A DNA stretch of 64,000 nt from Lama glama (Eukaryota): the NCBI GenBank assembly GCA_028534125.1, contig CM052821.1, forward strand, positions 55,242,001 to 55,306,000. Reading direction: 5' to 3'. Under the pieces are notes generated by a model, which saw only the letters and a list, made by a program, of their open reading frames with translations, was not told where the DNA came from and made no database searches. A program made the position numbers and the translations under genes. Each line of letters opens with the position of its first letter. The stretch's first letter is position 1. Below, piece by piece: positions 40,609 through 53,460 of the stretch.

Positions 40609-40870
40609 TCAGAGCCGGAGCCATGGGCCTGGGCGCTCCCAGCCCGCACGTTCATGGCCACCCCGTTGAGGTGCTCGCGCCCCGGCTCCCGGCATGGCGT
40701 CTTGATGGTGATGGTGCTGTCGGGGGCACGGATCCCGTCGCTGGAGCCCAGCGAGGATGACCTCGAGGATGCGGGGCTCTGCTCACATTCGGCCAGCTTC
40801 TCCCGGAGCCGGGACTTCAGTGTCTTCTCTGTCAGTGGTGGCGGGTAGGTGACTTTGTTTTTCAAGATCC
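40609..40870 (-). CDS. CELSR1: CELSR1 penultimate coding exon (about 34), ILKNKVTYPPPL...AHGSGSE
   Basis: cgccag acceptor, GA|gtgagt donor, 262 nt. Confidence 0.93.
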
Positions 40871-41194
40871 CTGGCGGGAAGGGCAGATGGAGAAGGTCAC
40901 AGCCAGGCTGCTGCTGCCGGGCGCAGTGGACTCAGGGAGGGACAGTCCCTGCGGAGATGGGGTCTCTGCTGCTGGTCTTCCCTCCGTGGGTCTCAGCCGA
41001 GGCGGCCAGCCCACAGCCACCTCTGCCCTGCCGGGCGCCACCCCAGTGCCCCACGGACCCCACCCCCTGTCTTGCACAGCCCGCTCCACCCCACCTCCGC
41101 CGTCCCTGTCCCTCATCCCCACCTCCGTCCCTCTCTTCCCAGACCAGGGGCTTCCTGGTCCCCCAGCTTCCGGGGGGCAGTGGGCCCTGGGCAC

Positions 41195-41428
41195 CTTTTC
41201 TTTGCTCGGGGGGCTGGCTGGGCGGCACGCCTGTGGCCTTGGGTGGGCCCCCACTCTCCCGCTCGGGAACACGCTCGCTGCAGTGGTTGCCCTGCGGGTC
41301 CAGGTGCAGCTCCACGCTGACCTTGGTCTCCACCTTCAGGCACGGCTGCTCACCCGGCTCCTCACTGTCGCTCCCAGCCAGGGTCTCTTCGGGCCAGCCA
41401 GCCGGGATGTGGTTGGCCGCAGCGTCCG
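41195..41428 (-). CDS. CELSR1: CELSR1 coding exon (about 33), DAAANHIPAGWP...LKVETKVSVELH...EQRK
   Basis: cctcag acceptor, weak G|gtgccc donor, 234 nt. Confidence 0.88.
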
Positions 41429-41845
41429 CTGAGGCACAAGAGTGACCCTCAACAAGCAGGGAGCGCCGCCCTCTGGGAGCTGTGCCCCCTAAGAGGCCCC
41501 CTGTTGTGTTTGGGGTGGGGGCCGTGTATCCTGAGGGAAGCAGACCCCGCACTACCCGACCTGCAGGGCTGGCAGGGCCACACCCTCCAGGTAGAGACCC
41601 CAAAGCTCAGAGAGGGAAGGTCCGGGCCTGGGATCTCAGGCTGCAGAGCCCTGCTGCACCCCAACACCCGGGAGCCTCATGCTCCCTGCAGCAGGGGAGG
41701 TCAGCTTCCTGGAGTCCTTGCCGTGAGGGTCCCCGCAGGGCCACCCCAGGATGCTGCCTCCGCTTGTGGACGGTGAGCAGGGGGCGCTGTGCTGCTGCAG
41801 CGTCCGGCACGCAGGCCAGGCTGCCCCTGTGACCGGCTCACTCAC

Positions 41846-41995
41846 CTTTGGGGGTGCTGTGGATGGGGCCCCGGGCTGGGTCCCACTTGTCCTCAGCCTC
41901 TGCCCCGTCGTCCTCACTGTCAGACGAGTGTGAGGAGGCGTACGAGCTGCTCTGCTCATCCAGGGACAGCTCACTATCCGAGTCTGAATCGTGGC
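41846..41995 (-). CDS. CELSR1: CELSR1 coding exon (about 32), acidic Ser-rich HDSDSDSELSLDEQSSSYASS
   Basis: ctgcag acceptor, G|gtgagt donor, 150 nt. Confidence 0.94.
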
Positions 41996-42188
41996 CTGCA
42001 GGGTGGGCAGGATGGACGGGGCTCAGGCAGGGGCAGAGCGGAGCCACCTGGGCCCCAGGCAACGGCGGGAGTGGTCCCAGCGACCCTCTGCTCTCCGATA
42101 ACAGGGAGGTGCCCCAGGCCAGATGAGAGGCAGGGAGCTCTCACCATGCCCCCCGCCCCAAGGAGACCACCCCCAAAGGGACACATAC

Positions 42189-42292
42189 CGTGGGGCTTCT
42201 TGCTGCTCCTGGGGACAAAGGCCGAATCTGGCTCCCCGTGGCCGCCCCGCGCTGGCCCAGAGGACACGCTGAGTTTCTGGCCCCCTTCGTCC
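42189..42292 (-). CDS. CELSR1: CELSR1 coding exon (about 31), DEGGQKLSVSSGPARGGHGEPD
   Basis: cgctag acceptor, G|gtatgt donor, 104 nt. Confidence 0.9.
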
Positions 42293-42523
42293 CTAGCGAG
42301 AGTAGAAGGGCAGCTCAGCACCACAGCGCGGGGCACCCCCTGCATGTGCCACGGCGGCCACATGGGGCTCTGGGAGGTCCTCTGCCACAAGACTCCCCGG
42401 GCACACAGGTAAACATGCATGAACACACGGCTCAGGGCAGAGGTGGTGAAGCCTGCATTTCCTCTGAAAGCTGGGCCCCCCCAGCCCCGTGACCACAGCA
42501 GGGGCGCCTGGCCCCAGCCTGAC

Positions 42524-42618
42524 CTGACGGTGCTGTCCAGGGAGGCGGTGGACTCGCCCAGTGCTGTGCGGAACATGGCGGGCTCCTCGCCGTACGTGTT
42601 GTTGCAGTTGAGGGAGCG
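42524..42618 (-). CDS. CELSR1: CELSR1 coding exon (about 30), RSLNCNNTYGEEPAMFRTALGESTASLDSTV
   Basis: ccccag acceptor, AG|gtcagg donor, 95 nt. Confidence 0.92.
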
Positions 42619-42976
42619 CTGGGGGGAAGGGGGCAGGTTCTGCTGAGCAGAGGCCACCAGGGCACAGAGGACGGCTCCATCCCCACGACCAGCCCCAGAG
42701 CAGCACCCTGATTGCCCCAGCGGGCGCAGAGCACAGGAGCCCTGCTTCTGGCCGGAGTCCCTGCTGGCTGCGAGGGAAGAGGGGCTACAACCAGGACAGA
42801 CCCCACCCAGGGGACTCCGCTCGCTCCCGGGGCTGCAGGGACGGCAGCTGCCACGCTCCAGGGGTGGGTCTGGGACTGGAATGCACCTTTGTAGGGGACG
42901 TGAAGCCTCAGAGCTGCTCTAATACTGGTCCAGACACCCCCATGGACCCGGCCCCAGGCCCCAGGGCGCGTCCTAC

Positions 42977-43102
42977 CGTCAGCAGGGTGGCCCTTGTGGT
43001 GGCCGAGTCATCCAGGTACGACTTCTTCCCAGCAAGCACGCCCTTCAGGTGCTTCCGGACCTCCCTGCTGAGCACGCAGTGGAGCAAGAGGACGGCGAGG
43101 CC
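42977..43102 (-). CDS. CELSR1: CELSR1 coding exon (about 29), GLAVLLLHCVLSREVRKHLKG...TRATLLT
   Basis: ctccag acceptor, ACG|gtagga donor, 126 nt. Confidence 0.93.
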
Positions 43103-43827
43103 CTGGAGGGGAGGTCAGGTCAGCGCCAGGCTCGGCCTCAGGAGGGGAGCCAGGGCCCTGCTGCCGCCACACTGTGCACCCGCCTGTCCCAGGACAGCTC
43201 ACCAACACAGGCCTGGCCAAGGAGAGACACCCACCACGGCCCACGCCAGGCATCCCCGTCCCAGGGGCTTCCAATGTCCCGCGGTGGGGAGCCTGGTCAG
43301 GGCAGCCAGAGGGCCTCCTCCCAGGCCCCCGCCCTCAGGCGGTCTGGGTCCCCAGTGTTCCAGCATTAGTCAGGGTCCTGGGAAGCCCTCGGTGTGGATG
43401 GTAAATGACCAGCACCCTCCCTGGGGACACAGCGGGATTTACGCCGGCCTGGGAGGGGGTAAGGCCCTGCACTGCTGGGCAGGGGACTGTGTCTTGACAG
43501 ACACAGGAGGACTGTGGAACAGGGTCCCTGGGAGGGCTCGGGACAGAGCTGTGTTTGAACAAACAGCCTCCTTTCTGGTGGCAGGACCACAAGGCTTTGC
43601 CATGACCCCCAACACATGTGGCTACATAGGAACCACAGCCACGGTGCAGTCCTGACTGTCCAAGAGTGAGGACACAGCCTGGACGCTGGGTCAAGGATCT
43701 CCCTGGGGACCCCCTCGGGGCCGCTCAGGGTTGGGGCATTTCAGACAGGAAGTAGCTCAGGTGGCCCACGACCTCACCAGGGATGGCCCAAGAGAGGCCC
43801 CTCCGAGTGACCACGACAGCCCCCCAC

Positions 43828-43954
43828 CTGTAAGCAGCTGAAGATGGCGAAGAGGTAGTGGAAGGTGAGCACGTCGCTGTTCACGGCCAGCAGCCCCAGC
43901 AGCCAGGTGGCGCCGATGAGCAGCAGCAGGAGAAAGGCCGTCCGCAGCAGGGAG
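43828..43954 (-). CDS. CELSR1: CELSR1 coding exon (about 28), TM6-TM7
   Basis: ttccag acceptor, CAG|gtgggg donor, 127 nt; SLLRTAFLLLLLIGATWLLG. Confidence 0.95.
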
Positions 43955-45356
43955 CTGGAAGGGAAGCGAGGACACCCGTTTGACTGCACCGCCCTCCTCC
44001 CTCCCCTCGACCCTCCCACCCCTCCATCCGTCCATTACTCTCCCTTTTTTTCTCCCAAACTCTTTCCAAGCATTTACCACGAGGCAGCCGTGGGCCCGCA
44101 AAGGGGAAAAGACAGAAGACGCCTACGTTAGTGGGCAGGTGGAAGGCAGGCAGGAAATCAAAAGGCAAATGGATAAATAAGAAACTGTGAGCCAGAAGAG
44201 CTTCGCGGGCTGCGTCCACAGCAAGCCCGGAGCGCGGCCCCGGGAGACACGGGGAGCCTAGTGCAGAGCCGCACGCGTTTCCGTGAGCCCAGAGAGGTCG
44301 GGGGTGGGGGATGAGGGGTCCGGCCCGCCGTGCAGGCTCCTAGCAGGTGCTTCCCGCTCTCTGCCTCAGTCTCCCCGGCCGTAAGAGGGACGGCAATGGG
44401 CATCCCTGGTGGGGTCGTGCAGGGGACTGCAAGTGTTCACGTTGAGTCACGTGCTCAGAAAGGTGAGTGTGTCGGGGAGGACAGAGAGGCCATGACCAGG
44501 CCGGGCCCCACCCCGTGCCCCCTGCTTGTCTCTGTCCCTGCATAGCCATTTCAGACTCTTTGCTCCTGTGTGGGCTGGGCAGCCCGGCAACCCCTGCTGC
44601 CCCAAGGCCCTCCTCATGCATCCTTCCTTCCCGTCCCCCGGCTCGGGTCACCCAGCCCGGTAGACGCCCTGTCCTCCCTGGCCCTGTCGTGGCTCCTGGA
44701 CTCCATGCTGCAATCTCCCACCACTGCTCTGACTGCTTCCCCTTTCCTCTCCCACAGCACTGGGGGGTCCCCTCCACTGGGCCCCCACTCTCTCATGCTG
44801 CTCCCTCTCGCTGGACCAGCTCCTCCCCTCCAGCGGCCCCAGCATCACATCACCACCAACCCAGGAAGTTCCATCCCCCCACCCCCACCCTGTCTGACTC
44901 CACAGAGTGTCCAGGCACCCTGGCACCCCCTCCACCCAGCTGTCATTGTCCCCGCCTCCTGTCCCAGCCAAGGACAGAGCCCGGCATCATCGCTAACCCC
45001 TTCTCTCCTCAGCCACCAAACCCTGTGGCTCCTACATCCTAAACATCTCTGGGATCCACGCCCCCTCCCTGGTCCAGGCTGCCACCCCGGCCAACTGCCC
45101 TGTCCCCCTGTGGTCAGCCTCCCTCCCTTTCCTCCCCAACGTCCATCTCAGCTCCAGACACCGCTCAGCACAGCCCAGACATGTCCAGACGTGGCTGCCA
45201 GTACCCCCAGGACAGCCTAGAAGCCAGCAGCTGCCCGCTGGGTGACAGGCACTTTCATGGGGCCTGCCGGGCGTGTGACCCAGACCTAAGGGGGTCTTGG
45301 GTGGGGCTGGCTCCTTGTCAGGTCCCACCCACCGGCCAGGTTTAGCACCAACTTAC

Positions 45357-45436
45357 ACAACCCGTTTTCTTTCATAATAATGACGCTTCCTTTGGCAGGA
45401 AACCTTTGCAGACAGGACAAAAATGACTGTGTTGAC
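45357..45436 (-). CDS. CELSR1: CELSR1 coding exon (about 27), VNTVIFVLSAKVSCQRKRHYYERKRV
   Basis: tttcag acceptor, GT|gtaagt donor, 80 nt. Confidence 0.93.
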
Positions 45437-45814
45437 CTGAAAAAAAAACAAACAGAAAAACCCAAAGTCAGGTGGTGGCACAACTGTATTGTCACAACAG
45501 ATCTTCAAAAGCCAAGCGCTCCTGAGGGTCTTCAGCCCCCATCTCAGAGGTGCATGTAGGATGAGGCCTTGGGGCCCTGGGGGCGGACGCTGCTGCTGTG
45601 GGTGGGCACTGAGCTGTCTCAGTGGGCGTGCACAAGGACCAAATCCCGGAACCCCCAGGTCTGAGGACGAGGCTTCATCACTGTGAGAGCAGCTGCTCCT
45701 GTTCCGTCCAGGTGCTCAGGGGAGCCATGACCCAGACCCCAACACCATTTGCCTGAGGGGCGCCGGCTTCCCACGTCCCTGAGAACCCAGGCTCTGGGGA
45801 ACTCTGACACTCAC

Positions 45815-45927
45815 AATTACAACTGTTCCGATGGGCCCTGCGAAGCTCCAGATCAGGGTGTCGTGAAGAGACAGCCAGCAGAAGTCTGGGTTTCCATAGC
45901 CCTGGGGGTCCAGGCCCACCGCGAGTC
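45815..45927 (-). CDS. CELSR1: CELSR1 coding exon (about 26), ECL2-TM5
   Basis: gtccag acceptor, ATT|gtgagt donor, 113 nt; LAVGLDPQGYGNPDFCWLS. Confidence 0.95.
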
Positions 45928-46699
45928 CTGGACCACAAGAAGGGGAAGAGTGAGGGCCACCCCCCAGAGAGGACCCCTGCTGAAGGCCAGCCTGATGGAG
46001 GGGTGGCCACAACTGGGGCGTTCTTAGCCCCCAGGTAGGACCGGGGCCCCAGCATCACCCCCAGAGGAAAGAGTGAGGAGCCCAAGATAAGCAGCCGGGA
46101 AAAGACACGGAACCAGGTCCTCTCCCAGCAAAGGCCCCCTTGAGGCCAGCCACAGGCCCACCACGCCCACATGGCTGGGCAGCCATGAGCTGCTGATGGA
46201 TTCACCCCAGAGGCAGGAGCCCACTGAGCCAGAGCTGCTGAGGGGACCAGAGAGATGGAGGGTGGGGATGGAACCTGGCAGAACCAGCCACAAAGCACGA
46301 CGGGGACGCCCTGCTGGCTGGGCCACCACGACTGAGCCCAGGTGCAGGGGAGGAGCGCCTTGAGAGCATACACCTGCCGCATGCACACGCGTGCACAGAC
46401 CACACACACCAGACACACGCGCACCCCAGAAACTGCTCTCCACTGCAAGGTGCCATGCAAATGAGGAGTCTCCTATATTATCTAAGCCCCAGCCACGGTT
46501 TCCAACCTTGGGACAGGCTAGAGGGGGACCTGTCCTTGCAGAAATGTCAAGGTGGAGTTTGGGGCGACTCCTCCAACACTGACCTTGTTTAGGACAGAGG
46601 AGCTGCCCACTCCTCCCTGTGGCCTCTCCCGATCTGGTCTGGATTGTTCCACAGCCCCTACTCCCTTGCTTAAATCCTAAAAAGATCAGGTCTCCCTAC

Positions 46700-47180
46700 C
46701 GACTGCTCAAAACCGTGCAATGACTTCCCACTGTCCTCAGGAGACGGACATGGCTATTTCTGTGGCCTTCTAGCCTTTCGTGACATGGTCACAGCCACAC
46801 TCCAGCCCACATGGCACCCCCACCCCTCACTCCACCCTGGCCCAGTCTCACTCCAGTCAGGTCTCCACACACACTCCCCACCAAGGCAGCCTGGTTCCTA
46901 GTAGCCATCAGCGCAAATGGTGCTTCCTCCAGGAAGCCTTCCTGACCTGAACCCACCCATGACGGCAGGTCTCACCCCCCCTCCTTCAGCGCCGAGCCCA
47001 CCCTTCAGGGCAGGGTCTGTGGATGAGCCAAGAGTTAAGTTTGTCATTACTTAATGCCTGTCTTCCAGCAGGGGCGACTCCCGAAGAGCACAGGCTTTGT
47101 CGTCTCACTTGGACTCTGACTCTGGGCCTAGAACCTCTGTGGAGGCACAGAAGAGCCCTCCATGGGTGAATGAATGAGCA
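46700..47180 (+). mobile_element. L2 3' end
   Basis: ctgctcaaaacc...cttcctccaggaagccttcctgacc...ending gtgaatgaatgag. Confidence 0.6.
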
Positions 47181-47944
47181 AGCGTGTGCACACACACACC
47201 TGTGAGCCTCAGCTCTCCAGAAGCCGAGATGAGGGCCAGGGAACGCGCATGGGGAAATGGCCCGAGAGGACCTGCCACCAGTCCCCTGGGTCCTAGAGGC
47301 CCAGCTGGGACAGGCCCCATGACCTGAGACCAGGGCTGCCCCCACATGGCGTCTGGAGGAGAACTGCTCTGTCCAGCGCCATCTGGAGAGGCTGCCCGAG
47401 GGACCACAAGGTGGGAATGGAACGGGGGCTCCCCAACACACACACATGGGTGTGCATGGGCAGAGAAAGGCCAAGGGCACCTGGGACATTGGGGGAGGAC
47501 AAAGGAGGTGGCAAGAGAGCCCGCCTGGCAGGGCAGCCGCACCCAGCAGTGCCTCATCCCAGCCGAGGTTCCAGGAATCATTTTAGGCTCTTTTGCAAGA
47601 GGTGTTCATTCCACCCCCCTCACAAAGTGGGCAGACACGGGAGTTTTTGTATGTTAGGTGTCACAGACAGAGCCTGAACAGACTTGCACCCATTCCTCCT
47701 GGACCCCACACCCGACAGGAGGCACACCCCTCAGCGGGCACTGAGAGGCCACACTTGTGTGTGCAGATGCCCCGCCTCTGCCGGGGGCCGGTCGAGCTGG
47801 GGACATGAGAGAGAGGGGGCCAGAGCGCCCGGGGCTATTGGTTTGTCTGACGTGGGTTCCCGTCAGCAGTGGCACCTGGGTCCCCCGCGTGGTGGTCGGT
47901 CCCCATCCCAGCTCACCCGGCAGGGCTGCTCCACGCGTCCTCAC

Positions 47945-48119
47945 CTGTGACAATGGCTGGGATGCCCCAGCCCACGACGTAGTAGAACCTCATGGGCCCT
48001 GCGTCGATGTTGCGCACCTCGGTCAGCATGCGGTAGACGTGCAGGCTCTCCACGAAGGTCCAGGCGAAGGTGCTCATGTAGACGTAGTGCAGGAGGATGG
48101 CGATCACCGTGCACAGGAA
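47945..48119 (-). CDS. CELSR1: CELSR1 coding exon (about 25), TM3-TM4
   Basis: ccgcag acceptor, G|gtgagg donor, 175 nt; FLCTVIAILLHY...GWGIPAIVT. Confidence 0.95.
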
Positions 48120-51100
48120 CTGCGGAGAGAGGAGGCCGCTCAGCGCCGGCCCCACCGGGACCACGGCCCCGCACCTCGGACTCAGGGCCAGGTGGCATGG
48201 GGGGGGGGTCGCCAAATCAGGCCACCTTGCAAATTGGAGGGCACACAGGTCTGAGAAAGCTAGAGGGGGACCTGGCTCTTTACTATGTATTCACCAAGAA
48301 GTGGCTGAGGGCCGATAGTCCCAGCATCTTGGACTCCTGATATGGAAAAGAGGACAGGGAGTGAGGCACCCAGGGGTCCCAGGGACCATGACTGAACACA
48401 ACCCGGGGCATCAGGGGTGGGCAGAGCCTCTGGGGTTTTCGTTAGAGGCTGGAATATTGTATTTTCATGTCATGGCTCCAAATTTTTAAGTGCTTGCATT
48501 TCATTTAAAGTTAAAAAAAAATACGGAGGCAGCCTGCTCAGGCTGTAGCCCCAGACCATGACCGTGGCCTCTGCCCACCACGCAACCCTCATGTGGGTCT
48601 CCGAGGTCCAGCGGATGCGGCCAGCAGGAGGGAGGAGCCTCATGCTTGGAGACCTCGCTGTCGAGTAAGAGCGAGCTCCTCATGTCTGTGCTGATTTAAC
48701 GGAGCCTCTGTCTCCTGCAGAGGGAAACAGGATGAGAGCGTTTGTTCTGTTTCTGTCCTTGGCTGGGTGGGGCTGTGTGTCTGACATGTGATGAGTGCTG
48801 GGAGGAGAAAGTCGACCTCCACAAGGCAGCTGAGAGCCAGCTTCCTGGCCTCTGGGGGCCTTGGTGACTCAGCCCTGAGTCCCTGAACACCGTAGGTGGG
48901 GCAAGGATGGGAGAAAGGCAGTGTTGGGGGGATGCTGGAGACACTGCGGGATCTGGGGAGTCCAGCCTGAGGCCGTCAGTGGCAAGTCCAGTCGGAGGCG
49001 CTCTGAAATGGACCTTCAGAGTTCTGCCTCGGCCCACAGTGGCCTCATCTGGTCCTCCTGAAAGGGGCAGGCTGCCCTGGCCAGGACTCACATGGCCCAT
49101 CAGCTGGGACATGTGGGCAGGCTCCCCTCCAGGTCCTAGGAAGGAGGGCTGGCAGGGGAACAGAGGGGAGAGGGAAGAGAAAACCCCAGGCCAGACCCCC
49201 ATCTGAGCGCCACCCTGAGATCTTCTGCCCAATCCTCGCTGCCATCCCATCAGCCCAGCCTCCCGGAGTCTCGGTGTCTGTGTCAAGGACACCCCCACTC
49301 CAACAGACACAAGAGCAGGGGACAGAGAGCCATCCCCGATGCACACGGAGGCCTCTTGCTCAGGCGCCAGGTGGCGTCCCTACGGGAGCTCCCCAGAGCC
49401 CAGGAGCGCTGGGAACACAAGGGCCACCTGGCGCCAAGTCCACCTGGATGGGCCATGTTCTCTCCAGAAACAAAAGCCAGAGCTGTGGGAGGGAACCGCT
49501 GTAGGCAGTACAAAGCAGGGTCCCAAGCAGATGAAAAAGCAGAATCCTAGGTTATGACGGGAGACATGCCCTCTCCCTCAGACACTGGAAACGGTCAGGA
49601 AGCGGGGGCCCGTCTTTGTGATGGGCAGAGGGCAAACCCGGGCTGGGTGAACCCCTCACCAGCCCCCACGACCCCGTACAGAGCTAGGCTGGCTTAGCAA
49701 GGGGAAGAACGGGGAGGCTGGGTTGCTGCCTTAAATAATGTGAAGAGTAAGCCCACAAAACCACCTCCGGGGGAAAGTGTTAGAAACCAACATGTGAAGA
49801 TTCGAAGGGGCCGAACATGCAGGGACTTCTGCACTGAACAGACCACCTTTTCCAGAAACAGAACAAAGACAAACGCTAACGCGCAATCAGTCATTTCAAC
49901 CTGCCAGTAATCTGGGAGATGAAAAACCTGCCCAGAGATGGGATTGTGAGTTTACAGAAAACCCATCAAAACCAGGCGCAGTGCCAAGCCCAGAATTACG
50001 GGCACCGCATTCCTTCTCTTCTTCGTGCTCACCAGCGCGTGGAGGCTGCAGAGCTCTCCTTCCAGGCGGCGGCGGCAGCAGAGTCGGCGCCTGAAACCAG
50101 CGGACGGCCTCCCCGCGTTTCCCACGCGGGGTTCAGTTGCAAGGAGTGGCCTGTTGCGGGCTCTCCGTCCCCTCTGTTCCGACCACTCAAAGGCACCCTT
50201 GAAGGGTTTTGCAGCCAGTCAGGCAGCCCCCCGACCCCAAGCTCCCCTGGCTGATGCCGCGACAAGGACTTGTGCACAGGGACAGGTGCGCGGAACCCGC
50301 GGGGAGCAGAGGAGCGGCCAGGGCAGCAGCACGCCCGCCCCGGGAGCCAGAGGATCGCTCACGGGTCCGCCCTCTGCGCCAGGCCAGGCGCTCCCCTTGC
50401 CGAGGCTGGCAAGCCGCCAAGGTCATCATGAAGCCCCCTCAAGGTCGCCTGCCTAGATTCCCTGCCTCTCTAACTACCACCCTTCTCCCGAGGGGGTCTG
50501 AGGGGTCCCCGTTTGCACCAAGGGGAGGAAGAGCCTCAGCGTGCAAGGGCCAGACAGAAAGTGCCCTCTGGGTCTTTTTATTCCGTGCTCTCCTGGCCTG
50601 TCCGTTCCCACAAACACATCTCGTCACCTGGGGGCTGCCTCCCCAGGCTCAGCTCTGCACTTTCTCAGCCCCCAGGAAACAGGCGTATCCAGGCTCACCC
50701 GGACCCACTACTCTGAGTTTCCATTTCATGGTGGCGCGCCCTTCTGGAGACTCGAGGCACTGCCCACTCCTCCCGCCCTCCCCCTTTCACACCCACTCCC
50801 ACCAGACTCCTGCCCTTCTCCTGCCGCGCGTTGTCCTGGCCTCAGCTCCAACCATAGGACCTAGGAAGATGCCATCCTGTCTGCCTCCGCCCTTCCTCCA
50901 CCTTTCCCACCCATCTTCCCTGCTGCCAGGGTCCTGTTCCTAAGACGCACACCGGTCATGGTTCTCCACAGCACAATGCTGCACGCAAAACAGAGGTGGT
51001 GCTGCCTACTTGGCCAGCTCCACAGGCTCCGGATGATCAGACGTGATCCTGGCCCCTCCCACTGGATGGTGAGTGGACGGTCCTGTTCAGCCCGCCTCTG

Positions 51101-52952
51101 ACCACCTGACATTCATGTACCGGCATCCACGTGCGTGTCTACAGGGCGGGCTCTGTGGGCAGAGGTGGGCGGCCTTCTAGGATCTGGGTATTTGGTAGAT
51201 TTAATACACTGACAATCAATAGTCCTCACCGTGTGAGGAACAAAGAAATGACAGCAGTGTCCACAGCAGGAGCAGGTGGGTGTGGTGTTGGAACAGCCCA
51301 CTGAGACGCTGAGGGCCCATCGCTCCCCATGGGAGAGATCAAGATTAGGCGAGACTCACCGTTGAACTTTCTGGAGTCACCACATAGGCACATGGGATGG
51401 TCCGCTGGCCTCATGTCCCCCCAGGGCTAGTACGGTCACCAGTCAGTGGTGGACAAAGGAACTCACACACAGTGAACGGTCTACCCTGGGCACTCGGCCT
51501 TTCTGGCCCTGGCTCTCTCGCCTGGGAGAAGGCTGCTGCACCTCCCAGGGCCCCAGGGATATGTCAGTGAGCTAAAGTGTGCGTGTAAGTCCTCGGGCAC
51601 AGAGCCAGCACCACCGCCCTCACCCCCATCAACTTGCTATGACCCTTGTATTTGGGAAAATCCCCGTGCAAAAATGGAAAATCGCTTGCTTGCTACCAGC
51701 CAGGGACCAAACCACAAATCTCCCTCCACCCTCTTGCCTTTCTTTTCCCCAGTGATCTCAGCAGGGCCGCCATCTCCCCCGCCAGAGCTGGTCCCTGCCC
51801 CATTTCCCAGCAACCTCGCCCCAGCCACCAGCCAGCCCCTCCCTCCTTCCCCTCGAATTATGAACCACGGGGCTGGGGTCCCGCACATCCTACAGAAGTG
51901 CCCCCATCCCCAGCCCGTCCTCTGGCTGCAGTCAGTACCTCAACCTCTCCTCCCGTGAAGCCAAGCTACTTCACAGCATCTCTCCCAAGGCCTCTCTGCA
52001 GTCATTTCTACCCACTCCTTTGTGAGCTACATTTTAAATATACTTTGTGGGGGATGAGCAGGACTGTAACTGACTATATACATCCAGCCCCAGTAACAGC
52101 CAGCTACCTTGCTAAACTGCAGTTATTTCTTACGTGTCCGTAGATTGGTTTGGCTTTTCTGTCAGGTCCATCGTATTGACTATGTAATCTAACCACCTAA
52201 CGGTAACTTCCGTGAGCCTATGCAACACCCCATGAACCCCTGTGACTCCCCAGGAGCCCACACGACACTCATGAGCCCACAGGACCTGGCGTGGCTTGAG
52301 CAAGACACCCCGTGTTTAACCAGACAACATCAAAGCTCCCCCGTCTTCCTCTGGCCCACGATTCTCTCCCAGCAACCCTGTCTCGTCAGCCCTGGCTACC
52401 CACCAGCACCACCTGGCTGAGATCGGGGCCTGTCCTAGACTGCTCGCTCCTCCTCTGGGGTGCACCTGCGCTTTCACAGAAAGTGTGGCCATGACTCCTC
52501 AGAAAGGCAGGGCAGGGAGATCTTACCGGGCACAGACGTTTTCAGGCTCAAGGGACAGCTCGCAGGACTCTGGGGTCTCACAAATGACTTAATTATGAGG
52601 AAAGCCCTAGCACCTGGGTCAGGAAAGTAAGGGTGGAGGCCGATGAGGCCCCTGGCTCCGGTGCAGGGAGATTTCTGTGTGCTTGGCCTGGGTCCTCAGC
52701 TTCCCAGAGGCTCCCAGCTACACGCACCGGAGTCAAACAGCAGGGCATCCTGCTCCACCTGGCCCCTCCCTGCTTCAGCTTCGGAGGAAGGTTGGCCGGA
52801 GTGCGCGCCCACGGAGCCAAGTGGAGGATGAGGCCGGAGGAGGGGCCGGGCCACACCCAGAGGCGTGGCCGGAAGAGGGGCGGGGCCATGCAGGAGGCCT
52901 GGCCAGGGGGCGGGCCCACAACGGGAGGCGTGGCCAGAGGGGGGTTCCTCAC

Positions 52953-53153
52953 CGGGTTTTCCGTCTGGTCAATTCCAATCACGAAGACCAGCTGGGAGAA
53001 GAAAAGCGCCACAATGAGGTTCTTGTGGATGCCGTGCAGGTTGGAGCGCAGCCTCCGCACCAGGGCCAGGAGCACGAAGGCCACCAGCAGGGCAGCCAGG
53101 GACAAGGCCACGGCCGCGTAGGTGACGATCTTCAGGGGCAGGACCTCTCCGTG
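52953..53153 (-). CDS. CELSR1: CELSR1 coding exon (about 24), TM1-TM2
   Basis: ccgcag acceptor, CCG|gtgagg donor, 201 nt; HGEVLPLKIVTYAAV...IDQTENP. Confidence 0.95.
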
Positions 53154-53329
53154 CTGCGGGCGGGTAGGTTAAAGGCAGAGAACATCTAAGGGCCGGCTCT
53201 TATGGAGCTTTTGCACAATAAAGACACGTTAACATATGGATGATTGTGGACAGGAACCAGCGCGACCACCACGTGGCCCTCAGAGCGGCAAAAACCCAGA
53301 ACAGAAACCCAATGAATAGTTTAGAGTGA

Positions 53330-53460
53330 TAAACAAAAAGTTCCGGAGATGTTGGTGGTGACACTTGCAAAGACTGAACATACTTAATGCCCTTTAATGG
53401 TTGAGATGATGAATTTTATGTAACATGTGTTTTGCCACAACAATAAAATAAAAAACAGAA
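53330..53460 (+). mobile_element. L1M(B/C) 3' end fragment
   Basis: ggagatgttggtggtgac...aatggttgagatgatgaattttatgtaacatgtg...caataaaataaaaaa. Confidence 0.65.
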
